Of a stretch of 64,000 nt of DNA, positions 25,297-37,140 are shown one piece after another; within the stretch, counting starts at the first letter, position 1; each line of letters opens with the position of its first letter. The stretch comes from Mobula hypostoma. Lineage: Eukaryota. The stretch covers positions 81,592,001 to 81,656,000 of the forward strand of contig NC_086106.1 in assembly GCF_963921235.1 (NCBI RefSeq), read 5' to 3'. Both the position numbers and the translations under genes were made by a program. Below the pieces are notes generated by a model. The model was given only the letters and a program-made list of their open reading frames with translations. It made no database searches and was not told where the DNA came from.

Positions 25297-27990
25297 GGCC
25301 TCCCTTCCCGATAGCTGACTTCTGATATCCCTGGCTGCCCGGAGAGATGATAACTGTTGTAATGGATGAGAGCTGGATCCAAGGTGTCTCTTTCAGGCAT
25401 TCAGAACCTTTCCTCCGATCCGAATCCTTCCCAGTCCACAAGGTATTGCTGAACACCTCAGTCAGTTCTCACATCCAAAATTCTTCTCATGATGAAAACG
25501 TGTTTCCCATCAGCAAACCAGGGTGGCAGTGCCACTGATGGTGGTGGGGATAGTGGCTGGTGTTCACAGGCTTTAACTTGGAAACATGGAAAGTGAGATT
25601 AATCTTGAGGGTCTTGGGGAGTTGCAAGGTGTAGGCCACGGGATTTACTTTCCTGAGAATATTGGAAGGTCCAATGAACTTGGGCGCCAATTTTCTGGAT
25701 TCCACTCGGAAAGGCAAATCCTGAGTCTACAGCCAGACCTGTTGCCCAGGCTGAAAAACTGGTCCCTGTCTTCTCTTGTGGTTAGCCTTTACTTCAGCCT
25801 TCCGGGTGGAAGCTAACTAAATCTCTCTTGCCCTTGTCCATCTTTCCTTGCAGCGTCGGATGAGGTCTTTGGCCACAGGAACCCCCAACCTCAGCCTCCT
25901 GCTCAGGGAAGAGTGGCAGAGAATACCTAAATTAGCATTCCAAAGGAGATATCCCATGTGCCAAATGCCAAATAGTGTTGTGGGCAACTTCTGCCCACAT
26001 CAAATGGTCATTCCACTCATTCAGTCTCTCAGAGGCCAGGTATCTGAGAGTACATTCCATATCTTGGTTCACCCGCTATGTCTGGCTGTTGGACTGTGGG
26101 TGAAACCCAGAGGAAAGACTCACTGTTGCCCCAATCAGTTTGCAAACTACCCTCCAGAAATGAGAGGGAATTACATACCGCAATCTGACACAATGTCCAC
26201 AGAAAAACCATGGATCCTGAAGACCTGCTGCAGGACAATCTCAGCCGTCTTCGCTGCAGATGGAAGTCGGTCCAAGGTGATGAATTTGCAGGCCTTCAAA
26301 AAACAATCCACAATTACCATGATAACGGTCTTGCCCTTGGAAGGAGGAATGCCTGTGACAAATTTCATGGAGACATGAAACCATAGTCTTTTCAGAACAG
26401 GCAGAGAATGAAGGAGCCCTTGAGGCCGGGTGCAGGGCACCTTGTTCCTGGCACCCATCTCTCATGCCTGCACATATTGACGGTTCTCCCTCGCCATTCC
26501 AGGCCACCAATATCTTCCTGTAAAGAATTTAAGGATCCTGGCAATCCCTGGGTGAGATGTCAATCTTGATGCATGTCCCACTGAAGAACGAAAGACAGGA
26601 CGGGACTAGGAATGAGCACGGAGGACACATACTTGGCAGTAGATTTAGTCATAGGGATGGTGCAATGGAAGTCGAGGCCTTTCCCTTACTGAAGACCTCT
26701 TCCAAATCCTTGTAGACGGAAGGGATTTCTACTGGCTTGGGTGCAGCAATTACTGCTGAACCTTTGCTTGATTTTTGGGACTCCACTGGAAGTGGGGGTG
26801 CAGGGGGTTGGCTTTGGCTGACCCCAGAGTCTCCCCCATGGTCCACAAGAGTCTTTAGTGAAAACAGAAGCCAAATCACATTCCGAATCCTCGTCCGTCT
26901 CCTCAGACACTGGCATTGAGGTGCGACCAATGGTCCTTGTGCTCGTGGGACTAGGTTCCAAGGATCTCCGTCTTGGAGCCTTCCCCTTAGATGGGACCTG
27001 GACACTGGAGCCCTTTGGCTTAGGTGCTAGAGTTCCATATTGCTTGGGCACCTCCTTGGTTTGTTCCTGAACTAGAGATCTCATTCCAGAACACCCTTGA
27101 CTGGACTGGGTCAGGACTCGCATGGGCCTATTAGCTGGAGCTGGCTTGTCTTCCCATGAAGGTAGGACTGGGTCTCCTGAAGGCTCTAGGTTACCCTGAG
27201 CAGAAGTCTGTCCTGTCATTGGCTGTTAGTCTCAGAGCATCTGGGGGCTGGAACATCAAGCCGAAAACAAACCCTGGACCAAACAAACATTCGCCCGCCC
27301 TCCAGTCCACGGGCAGGTTATGCTGACACAACCAAGGGTTACCGAGGATCAGGGGTATGAATGGAGAGTCAATAATGGAGAAAGCAATGTCTTCCACGTG
27401 ATCATCTGCAAAACCAGTCTGTTGGTGGATCTGCCCGGTACCTAGTGGGCAGCCGTCCTAGTCAGCTGCAGGCATGGACTAGCTCAACTCTCACAGTGGT
27501 GTGTTGAACCAACTGGCGGCTCCTCTATCCAGGAAATTACCTGCTGCCCCAATGTCCACAAAATCCTTCATCTGCCTTACCCCAGGTAAACTCTGCCTTC
27601 AGAATGAAACCAGAATCTGTGGGGTTGAACATAGTGGCTGGTACCATCCCAGTCCTGACACTGGAAGGTCATAGCAGTTCCCCAGGTGGCTGCAGCTTCG
27701 GACAGGACATTCGGCCTGCAGGCGACCTACTTCCCCGTAGTAAAAGCAGTAACCTTGACTCTGGTGCTGGGAGCTCTCATCGGTGGAGAGTCTAGTGCAA
27801 CCGACCTGCACGGGTTCAACTGGATCGTGAGCGGGTGATGGGCTGGTCATGGTTGAGGTTGGGCAGTGGAACAATGATGCAGTGAGTCTGGGCTCGGGTT
27901 AGCCCTCTTCGACCTCATGCACTGGACTCTTGCTCTGGGATTCATTCAGCCTTTCACCTCTCCTTCGTACAGAAGAAGGACGGGAGTCCG
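24978..27990 (-). mobile_element. Ty3/Gypsy (sushi/chromovirus-like) LTR element lacking its 5' LTR and RT/RNase H
   Basis: Gag zinc knuckle GYCFYYGEVGRLQAECP and protease FVDIGAAGNFLD..PLILGNPWL. Integrase HVSMKFVTGIPPSKG..DIVSDCG and GPY/F-type LAPKFIGP..TFHVSKLKP. PPT gggaagggaggcc precedes the LTR. Confidence 0.9.
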
Positions 27991-28622
27991 CGGGAACTTC
28001 AGACTTCTATGTTCTGATTAAGGAAACTTTCCTGAACACATTTGTCTCATCTAGTCCTTTTACAGTATGGGAGTCCCAGTCAATGTGAGGAAGGTTAAAA
28101 TCACAACCTATGTTTCTTGTAACAGTCTGCAATCTTTCTACAAGTATTTCCCTCTAAATTAAGTGGACTATTGGGTGGTCTATAATATAGCCCCATTAAC
28201 CTCTTATTCTTCACTTCCACCCATAAAGCCTCACTAGATGGGTTATCCAGTCTGACTTGAATGAGCACTGCTGTGACATTTTCCCTGACTAGTAATGTCA
28301 CCCCTCCCCCTTTATTCCCTCCTATTCTATCACATCTAAAACAATGGAACTGGAGAAAATTCAGCTTCCAGTCCTGTCCCCCCTGCAACCAGGTCTCACT
28401 GATGGCTACAATATCATAATTCCATGTGTTGGTCCATGCCCTGTGCTCGTCTGCCTTTCCTATAATGCTTCTTGCATTAAAATATATATAGCTCATGACA
28501 TTAGTCCCACCATATTGAAACTTTTGCTTCCTGGCTTTGTAGCCATCTGCTAATAGTTGGAGCAACACACACAAAATGCTGGTGGAACGCAGCAGACCAG
28601 GCAGCATCAATAGGAAGAGGTA

Positions 28623-28664
28623 CAGTCGACGTTTCGGGTGGAGACTCTTCGTCAGGACTAACTG
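28623..28664 (-). ncRNA. Minimal hammerhead ribozyme motif (stem II mutated)
   Basis: Reverse complement reads agtc-CTGACGA-agagtctccaccc-GAAA-cg-TC-gact. Confidence 0.55.
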
Positions 28665-28975
28665 AAAGAAGGGATAGTGAGAGATTTGAAAGTGGGAGGG
28701 GGAGTGGGAGATCCAAAATGATAGGAGAAGACAGGAGGGGGAGGGATGAAGCTAAGAGCTGGGAAGTTGATTGGCAAAAGGGATACAAGGCTGGAGAAGG
28801 GAAAGGATCACGGGATGAGAGGCCCAGGGAGAAAGAAAGGGGGAGGGAAGCACCAGAGGAAGATGGAGAGCAGTCAAGGAGTTATTGTGAGAGGGACAGC
28901 GAGAAAAAAAAGAGAGGAAAAAAGGAAAAAAAAAATAAATAAATAAGGGATGGGATAAGAAGGAGAGGAAGGGCA

Positions 28976-29360
28976 TTAACAGAAGTTAGAGAAATCAATG
29001 TTCATGCCATCAGGTTGGAGACTACCCAAAGGGAATATAAGGTGTTGTTTCTCCAACCTAAGTGTGGCTTCATCTTGACAGTAGAGGATTGACATATCAG
29101 AATGGGAATGGGACATGGAATTAAAATGTGTGGCCACTGGGAGATTCTGCTTTCTCTGGCGGACGGAGCGTAGGTGTTCAGCGAAATGGTCTCCCAGTCT
29201 GTGTGGGGTCGCACCAATATATAGAAGGCCGCATCGGGAGCACTGGACGCAGTATATCACCCCAGCCGACTCACAGGTGAAGTGTCGCCTCACCAGGAAG
29301 GACAGTCTGGGGCCCTGAATGGTGGTGAGGGAGGAAGTGTAAGGGCATGTGTAGCACTTG
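28976..29360 (-). pseudogene. GIY-YIG endonuclease domain of a Penelope-like element
   Basis: FTCESAGVIYCVQCSRCGLLYIGATPHRLGDHFAEHLRSV..PVATHFN..RLEKQHLIFPLGSLQPDGMN, containing the VIY...YIG and CCHH motifs. Confidence 0.9.
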
Positions 29361-29829
29361 TTCCACGTCCCATTCACATTCTGATATGTCAATCCATGGC
29401 CTCCTCTACTGTCAAGATGAAGCCACACTCAGGTTGGAGGAACAACACCTTATATTCCATCTGGGTAGCCTCCAACCTGGTGGCATGAACACTGATTTCT
29501 CTAAATTCTGTTAATGGCCCTCCTCCCCTTCTTACCCATCCCTTATTTATTTATCTATCTATGTATTAATTAATTAATTAACTATTCCTTTTTTTTCTCT
29601 CTCATAATAACTCCTTGCCTGCTCTCCATCTTCCTCTGGTTCTCCCCTCCCCCTTTCTTTCTCCCCAGGCCTCCCGTCCCATGATCCTCTCTCTTCTCCA
29701 GCTCTGTATCCCTTTGCTAATCAACTTTCCAGCTCTTAGCTTCATCCCTCCCCCCTTCTGTCTTCTCCTATTACTTTGGATCTCCTCTCTCCCCCTCCCA
29801 CTTTCAAATCTCTCACTACCTCTTCTTTC

Positions 29830-29870
29830 AGTTAGTCCTGACGAAGGGTCTCGGCCCGAAATGTCGACTG
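29830..29870 (+). ncRNA. Minimal type I hammerhead ribozyme motif
   Basis: agtc-CTGACGA-a-gggtctcggccc-GAAA-tg-TC-gact. Stem I is agtc/gact and stem II is gggt/gccc. Confidence 0.68.
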
Positions 29871-31420
29871 TATTTTTTTCCTATAGATGCTGCCTGGCCT
29901 GCTGTGCTCCACCATTATTTTGTGTGTGTTGCTTGAATTTCCGGCATCTGCAGATTTCCTTGTGTTTGTGAGAATTGTTGGAGCTCCTTTAAGAAAATAT
30001 AACTTGATTCTTCTCACTGAAGAAAATCTGCTGGAGGAACCCTGCAGCTTGAACAGTATCTGTGGGAAGAAAGGAATTGGTGGCACTTTGAGTTGAAACC
30101 TTAGAGTTCTCCCCATTACTGTTAGGACTTTTATTTCTAGGCGATGTACTGAAACGCTCCTGTATAATCACTACAGTCTATTCAAGGACTTCACAATGCA
30201 GTGCATTTCTCTTCTTTTGTTACCAATGCAATACAGTAGCATCTTTAATGTTTATTTGCTGTGTGTTATGTTCTATAGCTGACTTGAGTGTGGACACTTA
30301 CTTTACTTCCCTCCATTCTTTAGGCAGATTACTTGTCTGCATATTCAGTGGCTGTATCTGTTCCATTGCACAGCCGCTTAATTACATCACACATCTTGCC
30401 AGTTCTTGGCACACACCCAAATGTTATCTTCATTGGAAGGGCTAACATCTGGCATTCAGCATTATGATTCAGGCATGGTGCCTAACTTTCACAATTTCAT
30501 TAACTAGTACTTCCGCCACCAATGCCTCTGGGAAATTCTGGGAAATGGCTGGTGATTCAGTTTAACATCATTGGACCTTTTAAAACACTTGGACATCTGA
30601 AAGAATTTCCTCTGGCAGGCAAGCTTCATGGATTAACAAAGTATTTAGGAAGCTGGGATATCAGGGAAAGGCATGGGACTTGAAAATTGGGGTTCATGCG
30701 AGAAAGTTTGTGCAGAAGGAGTTTAAGGGAGAGTTGGGAGAGAGTGCAGTGGAAGTAGGAGAAAGACTGAGAGATTACTTTAAGGAGTTGGCCATGGTTA
30801 CTGTGGCTCCCCACTATGCAACGTGCCAGAGAAACTGCCTTGCAAAAGGTGAGCATAGCAGCACTTCAATCAGATGTCTGCTCACGTGTCCTCAACTGGA
30901 GATGGTGTGGCAAAGGTGAGAACCTGCTGAGACTGGCAATGCAATTTTGCAGTGAACATCATATCCAAATCTCATTGCTTCCTCTGTATTGAGGGACTCA
31001 AATTAAAATTGACAAAATTCATTGTTTTTTTCCCACTTTTTTTCCCAGCATAGATTCCATAAGAGTGAATTGTATTCAGTATATCATATACTTGGGTAGA
31101 TTTCAGTTACCTGAATGGCTGTATGGAGGGATTGCCTATATAAACAAAAATATATTTTAAAAAAATGATAGATAGATTTACTGTATATTCTGTGCTCTGT
31201 GTGTTAATGTGTATGGACATACGCTGATCCTACTGGACAAGAGAATTATGGTTGTTTTTTAACAATGACATTAATTGAGCCAATCAGTTTGCATCAGGAT
31301 CTTGAAGATTCAACTTGTATAAAGTCTAGATATTCTATCTTTCATATAAACCACAACCTCTTTTAATATAAGCAAGGTGATCTTTAATGCTTTAATGAAG
31401 GTATTATAGTGGGCACAGTC

Positions 31421-32903
31421 TGTCATGGTCTGGTCTGTGAAGTCCGCATTCTGGTTCATGGTCCGGTCCATGGACTCAGGACTCTGGGTCTTCCAGCCGT
31501 CCCTTGTTTGAGTTAATCAAAGGCACCTGATTCCCATCTTTGGGCTTGCAATATAAGTAGCCTTGGGATTGAGTGTGGGCTGCTGGTTTGTCTTGTCAGT
31601 TCCCCTTGGATCAACCTGCTGATGGAAGGCTAGCAAATCATTAGTGATCTCTAGGCCTGGTTGGAGGACCACTGCTTCATGGAGCCTTGTTGACACTCAT
31701 TGGAGTAGTCTGCAGTATGGATTTGGCTGTTTCTTGGGCCAGCTGAGTGGCTGCCAGCCACTCTGAGCTAGGTAGGGATCTGGCTGTTTCTGTAGCCAAC
31801 TGAGGTTGCTGGCTGAACTGAGACTCGGAGCTTCCCTGGAGCAGAGATGGAACTGTCTGTTGTTCTTTGGTGTTTCTCTCTTCTTGTCCTTGCCTCTGTG
31901 GGGTAAGCCAGGCTGTTTTGCTGTTGCCCTGCAGGGGGATCTGTCTTGTCCTTGCTTCTGCGGGGTAAGCCAGGCTGTTTTGCTGTTGCCCTGTGGGGAG
32001 ACATGTCTTGTCTTGTCTTTGACTCTGTTGGGTAAGTCTGGCTGTCCTGCCATTACCCAAAAGATGGACCTGCCACACCTTGGTGTGGAGAAGTTGAGTC
32101 CTGGCTTGTCTTAGGATAAGTCCTGGCTCTGTCTATGTTCTGTCCTGTCTCATGTTAGTGTCGTGTTAAAGATGAGTCACAGTTTGTCGAAGGATAAGTC
32201 TCGATTCTATGTTGATGTTTACTTCCCAGCCTGTCTCTGAGCCCCAAGGACCCCAGCCTCGCCGATCCCGCAGCCAGCACCCAAGGACCCCAGCCTCGCC
32301 GATCCCGCAGCCAGCACCCAAGGACCCCAGCCTCGCCGATCCCGCAGCCAGCACCCAAGGACCCCAGCCTCGCCGATCCCGCAGCCAGCAACCAAGGACC
32401 CCAGCCTCGCCGATCCCGCAGCCAGCACCCAAGGACCCCAGCCTCGCCGATCCCGCAGCCAGCACCCAAGGACCCCAGCCTCGCCGATCCCGCAGCCAGC
32501 ACCCAAGGACCCCAGCCTCGCCGATCCTGCAGCCAGCACCCAAGGACCCCAGCCTCGCCGATCCCGCAGCCAGCACCCAAGGACCCCAGCCTCGCCGATC
32601 CCGCAGCCAGTACCCAAGGACCCCAGCCTCGAGCCATGTCATGTCCTTGCCTGGTTCTGGGGTCTGAGCCTGAGGCAAGATCCAGGTTCTGGGTCCTTGT
32701 TTGGTCTCAGGCTCGGAGTCCAAGCCTTGTCTCCTAGTCCATGGTTCCTAGTTCTGGTCCCGCTTTCCCTAGCCCAAGTCTGTGCTCTTGTCCCTGCTCC
32801 TTGCCTGAATCCTGTCATGTCTCTACTCTAGTCAAGTCCTGTTCCTTGTACTTCAGTGTCTGTGTCTTGCATTTGGGTCCGTTCCCAGCACCCCCTTGCG
32901 ACA
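31421..32903 (+). mobile_element. Long solo LTR (Gypsy-type), 1483 bp
   Basis: TGTCATGG...GCGACA termini and a perfect 5-bp TSD cagtc (31416-31420 and 32904-32908). TATA-like atataagta at about 31551 and terminal gcatttgggtcc motif. Confidence 0.88.
32243..32631 (+). repeat. GC-rich 37-bp minisatellite, 10.5 copies, inside the solo LTR
   Basis: Unit cccaaggaccccagcctcgccgatcccgcagccagca. Units are head to tail with no spacers, and I see only three single-base variants. Confidence 0.97.
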
Positions 32904-34139
32904 CAGTCTTTCAGAGTCAGTACTACTGCTTAGGCTCCAGGTCAAAGAAAGGAAATAATTTCTGGTTATTTTACTCTTCAATACCTGCCCATTGTGATGG
33001 AGGGTGAATATCACTAGCAAAGGACTTAAAGACACCTCTCCTTAGGAGTTCAGGTTACTTTCCAGCCCTGGAATCACCAGTATCCTTCAACTTCAATGAA
33101 TTTGTCCATCATCCATCTTTCTTGGTGTACTCATCGCCAGCATCTGAAGGTCCAGTTATACCTGAGAATTGTGAGACACCAGGAAGAGTTATGTTTCCTG
33201 TATCCACTCTCTTATTACTTCCCAATAATGGGCAAACAGAGGCTATGCTTACGAAGAGGTGTGACTTAGGTTTTAGTATTTTCATGAGTGTACAGGCCTT
33301 GAGAACAGTGACAGATGGGGAGGTACAGACATAGAAATGACCCATGTAGCTTTTGACTGCCAAGTGTTATGGTAGTACCGTAAAATAGACTATGTTCTTG
33401 AGAAATCTTTGAAAAGAATAATTGTCAAAGCTTATTGTGTTAAAGCCTAGAGATTTTTATGTTCTCAGCTGAAAATGTAATCCTATCATCAATGTGTATT
33501 TCCATTGAAACTGCCTTCTTAAAGGAAGCTCTATTCAAGTGTAATATGCCATCCCATTGTAACTATTGGGATTTGACCAGCTGGAATTTAATTCAGAATT
33601 ATGCCTTTGTAACATTGGAAATCACACCAAACATGTGATGTATGCAGTACAGGAAGGGGGAAAAGAACTGAAGCTTATTTACTCTGGCTATGAAGGCAGG
33701 AGGGAATGTGAAAGTGTTAGATTGAAAGGAAAACTGCAACAGTAATTATGAAGGCAGCACAGTTTGCCTTACAAGAAAGACTTAACAGTCACAGAGGTAC
33801 CAGTGTCAAGATGAAAAGCTGTCCAATTAGTCACCGGAAATCATAAGTAGATTGAGTACTGGGATAGCCATGAATAAATCTACAGAAATAGAGAGGAAGG
33901 GAGATGTAGTCTAATATCTACTAGTTATTGTATCTCAAATTCAAGTAATGATATTTCTCTCAGAATAAGGAATTCTTCTTTTTGCTATTCACTTAATGGC
34001 TCTGGTCAGGACATCTGCTCAGCTAGCTGTAACCCAGTGATTAGAGTGCTGTTAACTTGGGCAGGCAGCGGTAGACTCCAGTTCGACAGTAAGCAGACCC
34101 CAAGGAGCTTGAGTTCCATGGTATGTAGGTGCTGCAATC

Positions 34140-35595
34140 TAGAACAAAAATCAGCATGCCTGAAGAACTGATTGGGTCAAATGGCTTCAGTGGAGGCAAA
34201 CAGCGAAAACTAATGTTTTGAGTCAGGACCCTGCATCAGCATTTAGCGGAAAGATAGCCAATAGATTGCTGAATGAAGGTGGGGAGAGGGTGGAGTGGTG
34301 ATTCGGTTGCTGGGATATAAGGTAGTGGATTATAGGTGGAACCGGATGGGGAGGAAATGATGGACAGGTAGAAACATCTGAATTGAAGGGAATGGGAGAG
34401 AGAGACAAAGGGAGGAAGAAACTAGATGCACAGGGGAGGGGAGTACTGGGGGTGTGGTTTACCTGAAACTGGAAAAATCAGTGTTCATATCATTGGGTTG
34501 AAAGCTGCCCAAATGCAGGATGAGACGTTATTCCTGCAATTTATGTTTTACTTCTCTCCATGGTCATGATGAAAGTAGAGGGCAGACAAGTCAATTCAGC
34601 TAAGGATGGGAAGGAGTGTTAAAACAGATTGCAACAAGGTAATCATATTTCCTCTATTACTTGCATGACTGCTCTAAATCTCACTTCCCCCCGCCCCCAT
34701 TTCCAAGCAGAACAGCAAGAGGGTTCATTTAATCCTCTCCTTTTATCCCACCAGCCTCCACATCTGACACATTACCTTCTACCAGCTCCAAAACAATCCC
34801 CCCCACCAGTCAGATCTTCCTCTCTCCTCTTCCTGTCTGCCTTCCGCAGAGACCACTCTCTATGAGACTCCCTGGTCTGCTCATGCCTGTCCATCCGACA
34901 TCCCCCCCACCCTTCCCAGTCTCCTGGCAATATCCACTGCAACCGGAGGAGGTACATTTCCCTCATTCCCCCTCACCATCAGCCAAGAAATTAAATACCC
35001 CTTCCAGGTAAGGCAGAGGTTCACTTTCATCTCTTCCAACATGGTCCAGTGCATTCAGTCCTTGGGATGTGGCCTCCTCTACATGGGTGAAGTGAAGTAT
35101 AGACTACGTAATCATTTAATGGAGTACCTACACTCTGCTCAAAGACAACCTAGAAGTTCCAGTTGTATGTAAGTTTAACTCTTTCCACTGACTTATTTGT
35201 CCTCAATTTTCTCTATTTCTTTGGAGAGTTCAAGTGCAAATTTGAGGAACATCTCATCTTCCTCTTAGATAGATTACAACTCAATGGCTTAAATGTTGAA
35301 TTTTCCAGCCCCAGGCAACCCACAACCCACAGCTTTCCTCCGACATGCACACACTCACATTTTTTTATTTGTCCTTCCTATCTTTTCACCCTACCTGGCT
35401 CCATCTGCTGAAAATTCCTGTCCCACCTGATTCACACAGCAGCCTCTGTCTCATCCCCTTCATACTGCTACATGCTGGCAATATTTCCAGTACTCCTTCA
35501 GTCTTTTTTTTTTAGGTTTTGCACCAAAACATTGACTTATCCATTTTGCCTTCATTAATGCTGCTTGACTTGCTGAGCAATTCCAGAGGTTTGTT
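34140..35595. mobile_element. Older Penelope-like element with the same inverted architecture
   Basis: Minus arm about 34140-34620 with a decayed pLTR/hammerhead (reverse complement ctgatgcagggtcctgactcaaaac). Plus arm has GIY-YIG remnant FQVRQRFT..GLLYMGEVKYRLRNHLMEYL and a pLTR-like end at 35500-35595. Confidence 0.7.
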
Positions 35596-35677
35596 CATCT
35601 TTTAAAATTGCTTAGAGCTATCTGGTGTTGAAAAGGTGATAATCATAATGTTTAACCAGTCAGGAACTCAAAATGGA

Positions 35678-35892
35678 CCATAAAACCATAAAATATAGGA
35701 GCAGAATTAGGCCATTTGGCCCATTGAGTCTGCTCCACCATTTCATCATGGCTGATCCAATTTTCCCCTCAGCCCCAATCTCCTGCCTTCTCCCTGTATC
35801 CCTTCAGGCAATGACTGATCAAGAATCTATTCACCTCTGCCTTAAATATATGCACAGACTTGGACTCCACAGCTGCCTGTGACAAAGAATAC
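35678..35892 (-). mobile_element. Short CR1 3' end
   Basis: ccataaaatataggagcagaattaggccatttggccc... matches the CR1 tails at 43700 and 58005. Confidence 0.85.
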
Positions 35893-36859
35893 ATGTGAAA
35901 AAGATTTGATATCAACTGTCTAGCCCAATTGCTGGATCATTTTGAGAGAGTGTGGTTGTGTTGTAGTGTAATAAAATGAAAAGCATACTTTTGAACTCAC
36001 TGACACCCAGATCATCACATTCATTCAACAAGTTATGTCAGTTCCAGGGATCCTCCAGGGATGATCACAGAAAATTGCTTTTACGTCATGTGACAGCAGC
36101 TAGTTACTTCCTTCTCCCATTCATCACCTGATGCCAATTGCTTGGGATATTTTTGCAGGATTGCAATATTGTTTTTACTGACATGGGAGGCTGTAACTAT
36201 GATGTAAACCACTGAAGACTCAGTCTCCATTGTACACTTACCTCAGTGGAATCACAGGGTCTCTCAATACTGACACGAAGTTATATAAAGAACATTATTT
36301 TTGCATTTTAAAGATCCCATAGTATTCACAGAAGCTACAAAACTTGTCATTCTGACTAAGTAAGTCAGACTAGACTAGTCAGGATATATTATTACTAGAC
36401 AAGTTATGATCTTTATTTTCCACACAAACTACTTTTATAATTATTGGTGTTTTCCACAATTTAACACATGCTGAGCTCTTTTCTAGTTTTTAGCTTTTGC
36501 ATTTCATGCTATTGCAAGACATTTACAACAGGGATTTACTGGAGAGATGGATTAAGAATGGTATTCATTTAAGAGTAATTTCTAACTTGTACAGGAGTGT
36601 TCAGAGAGTCTTAGCTTGCACACAGTCTGTGAGCTACCCAGTAACAATGAATGGGCCAAGGTAATCCTGCCAAAGGCAATGAAACGCCAGATCACCTGTA
36701 AGGATATGAGACATTTTCTGATCAGTGATCATGGTGCTATTTGTACAGGCAGTGAATGTGAAATTTAGCAGAATGTAATCTCATGACAACAGGCATTACT
36801 ACTTAAAATTAATGATGGGTTAATATGAAAATGCATTAGTTACAGTGTCCTGGTCCACA

Positions 36860-37140
36860 TGGGGATGTACGAAGGTCCTCAGAAATGCAATAATTGCAGC
36901 TATCTTCCCAAGAGGGGATCAATCCAGCTGTGGTAACTACTGTGAAGACTCCTTGCTGTCTACACATGGAAAAGCGTTACTGGGCTCTTCTCAGCTGTCT
37001 TCTCCCATTGGTTGATTAGCTTCTCCATGAATTGTGGTGTGGATTCTGCCAACTGAAAAACACAGTAGATGTGATCCATACTGTGCAAAAATTCCAAGAC
37101 AAACTCAGAGAGCAACACCAGCCTCTGAAAAGCCTCCTCT
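36860..37140 (+). mobile_element. Old RTE-clade LINE RT fragment
   Basis: KRGSIQ/CGNYCEDSLLSTHGK resembles the RTE motif CxNYRGISLLS..GK. TVDVIHTVQKFQDKLREQHQPL resembles TxDMIFxxRQLQEKCREQxxPL. Confidence 0.65.

Larger units (their letters stand above)
22976..28545 (-). mobile_element. CR1 LINE (pieces 22976-24977 and about 28000-28545) interrupted by a Gypsy element
   Basis: 264-aa RT ORF 23160-23954, [30 protein letters not shown], and APE N-terminus IYFNARSII..ISETWL..GLYYRPPNS at 28101-28500. Confidence 0.92.
28562..29970. mobile_element. Penelope-like element, 5'-truncated, with an inverted duplication of the 3' end
   Basis: The minus arm 28562-29360 encodes a GIY-YIG endonuclease remnant. 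The plus arm 29361-29970 is an inverted copy of its last ~550 bp plus a ~36-nt tail. Probable TSD aatagttggag / aattgttggag. Confidence 0.92.

Noticed and set aside
30620-30920. Purine-rich 79-aa ORF as a host exon (also 33100-33360)
   Set aside because: No recognisable homology and no convincing splice-site pair.
32243-32631. 37-bp repeat array as a CRISPR array
   Set aside because: Units are contiguous with no unique spacers, there are no cas genes, and it lies inside a eukaryotic LTR with a TSD.
32155-32723. Four overlapping 130-185-aa repetitive ORFs as genes
   Set aside because: They are by-products of a stop-free GC-rich 37-bp minisatellite.
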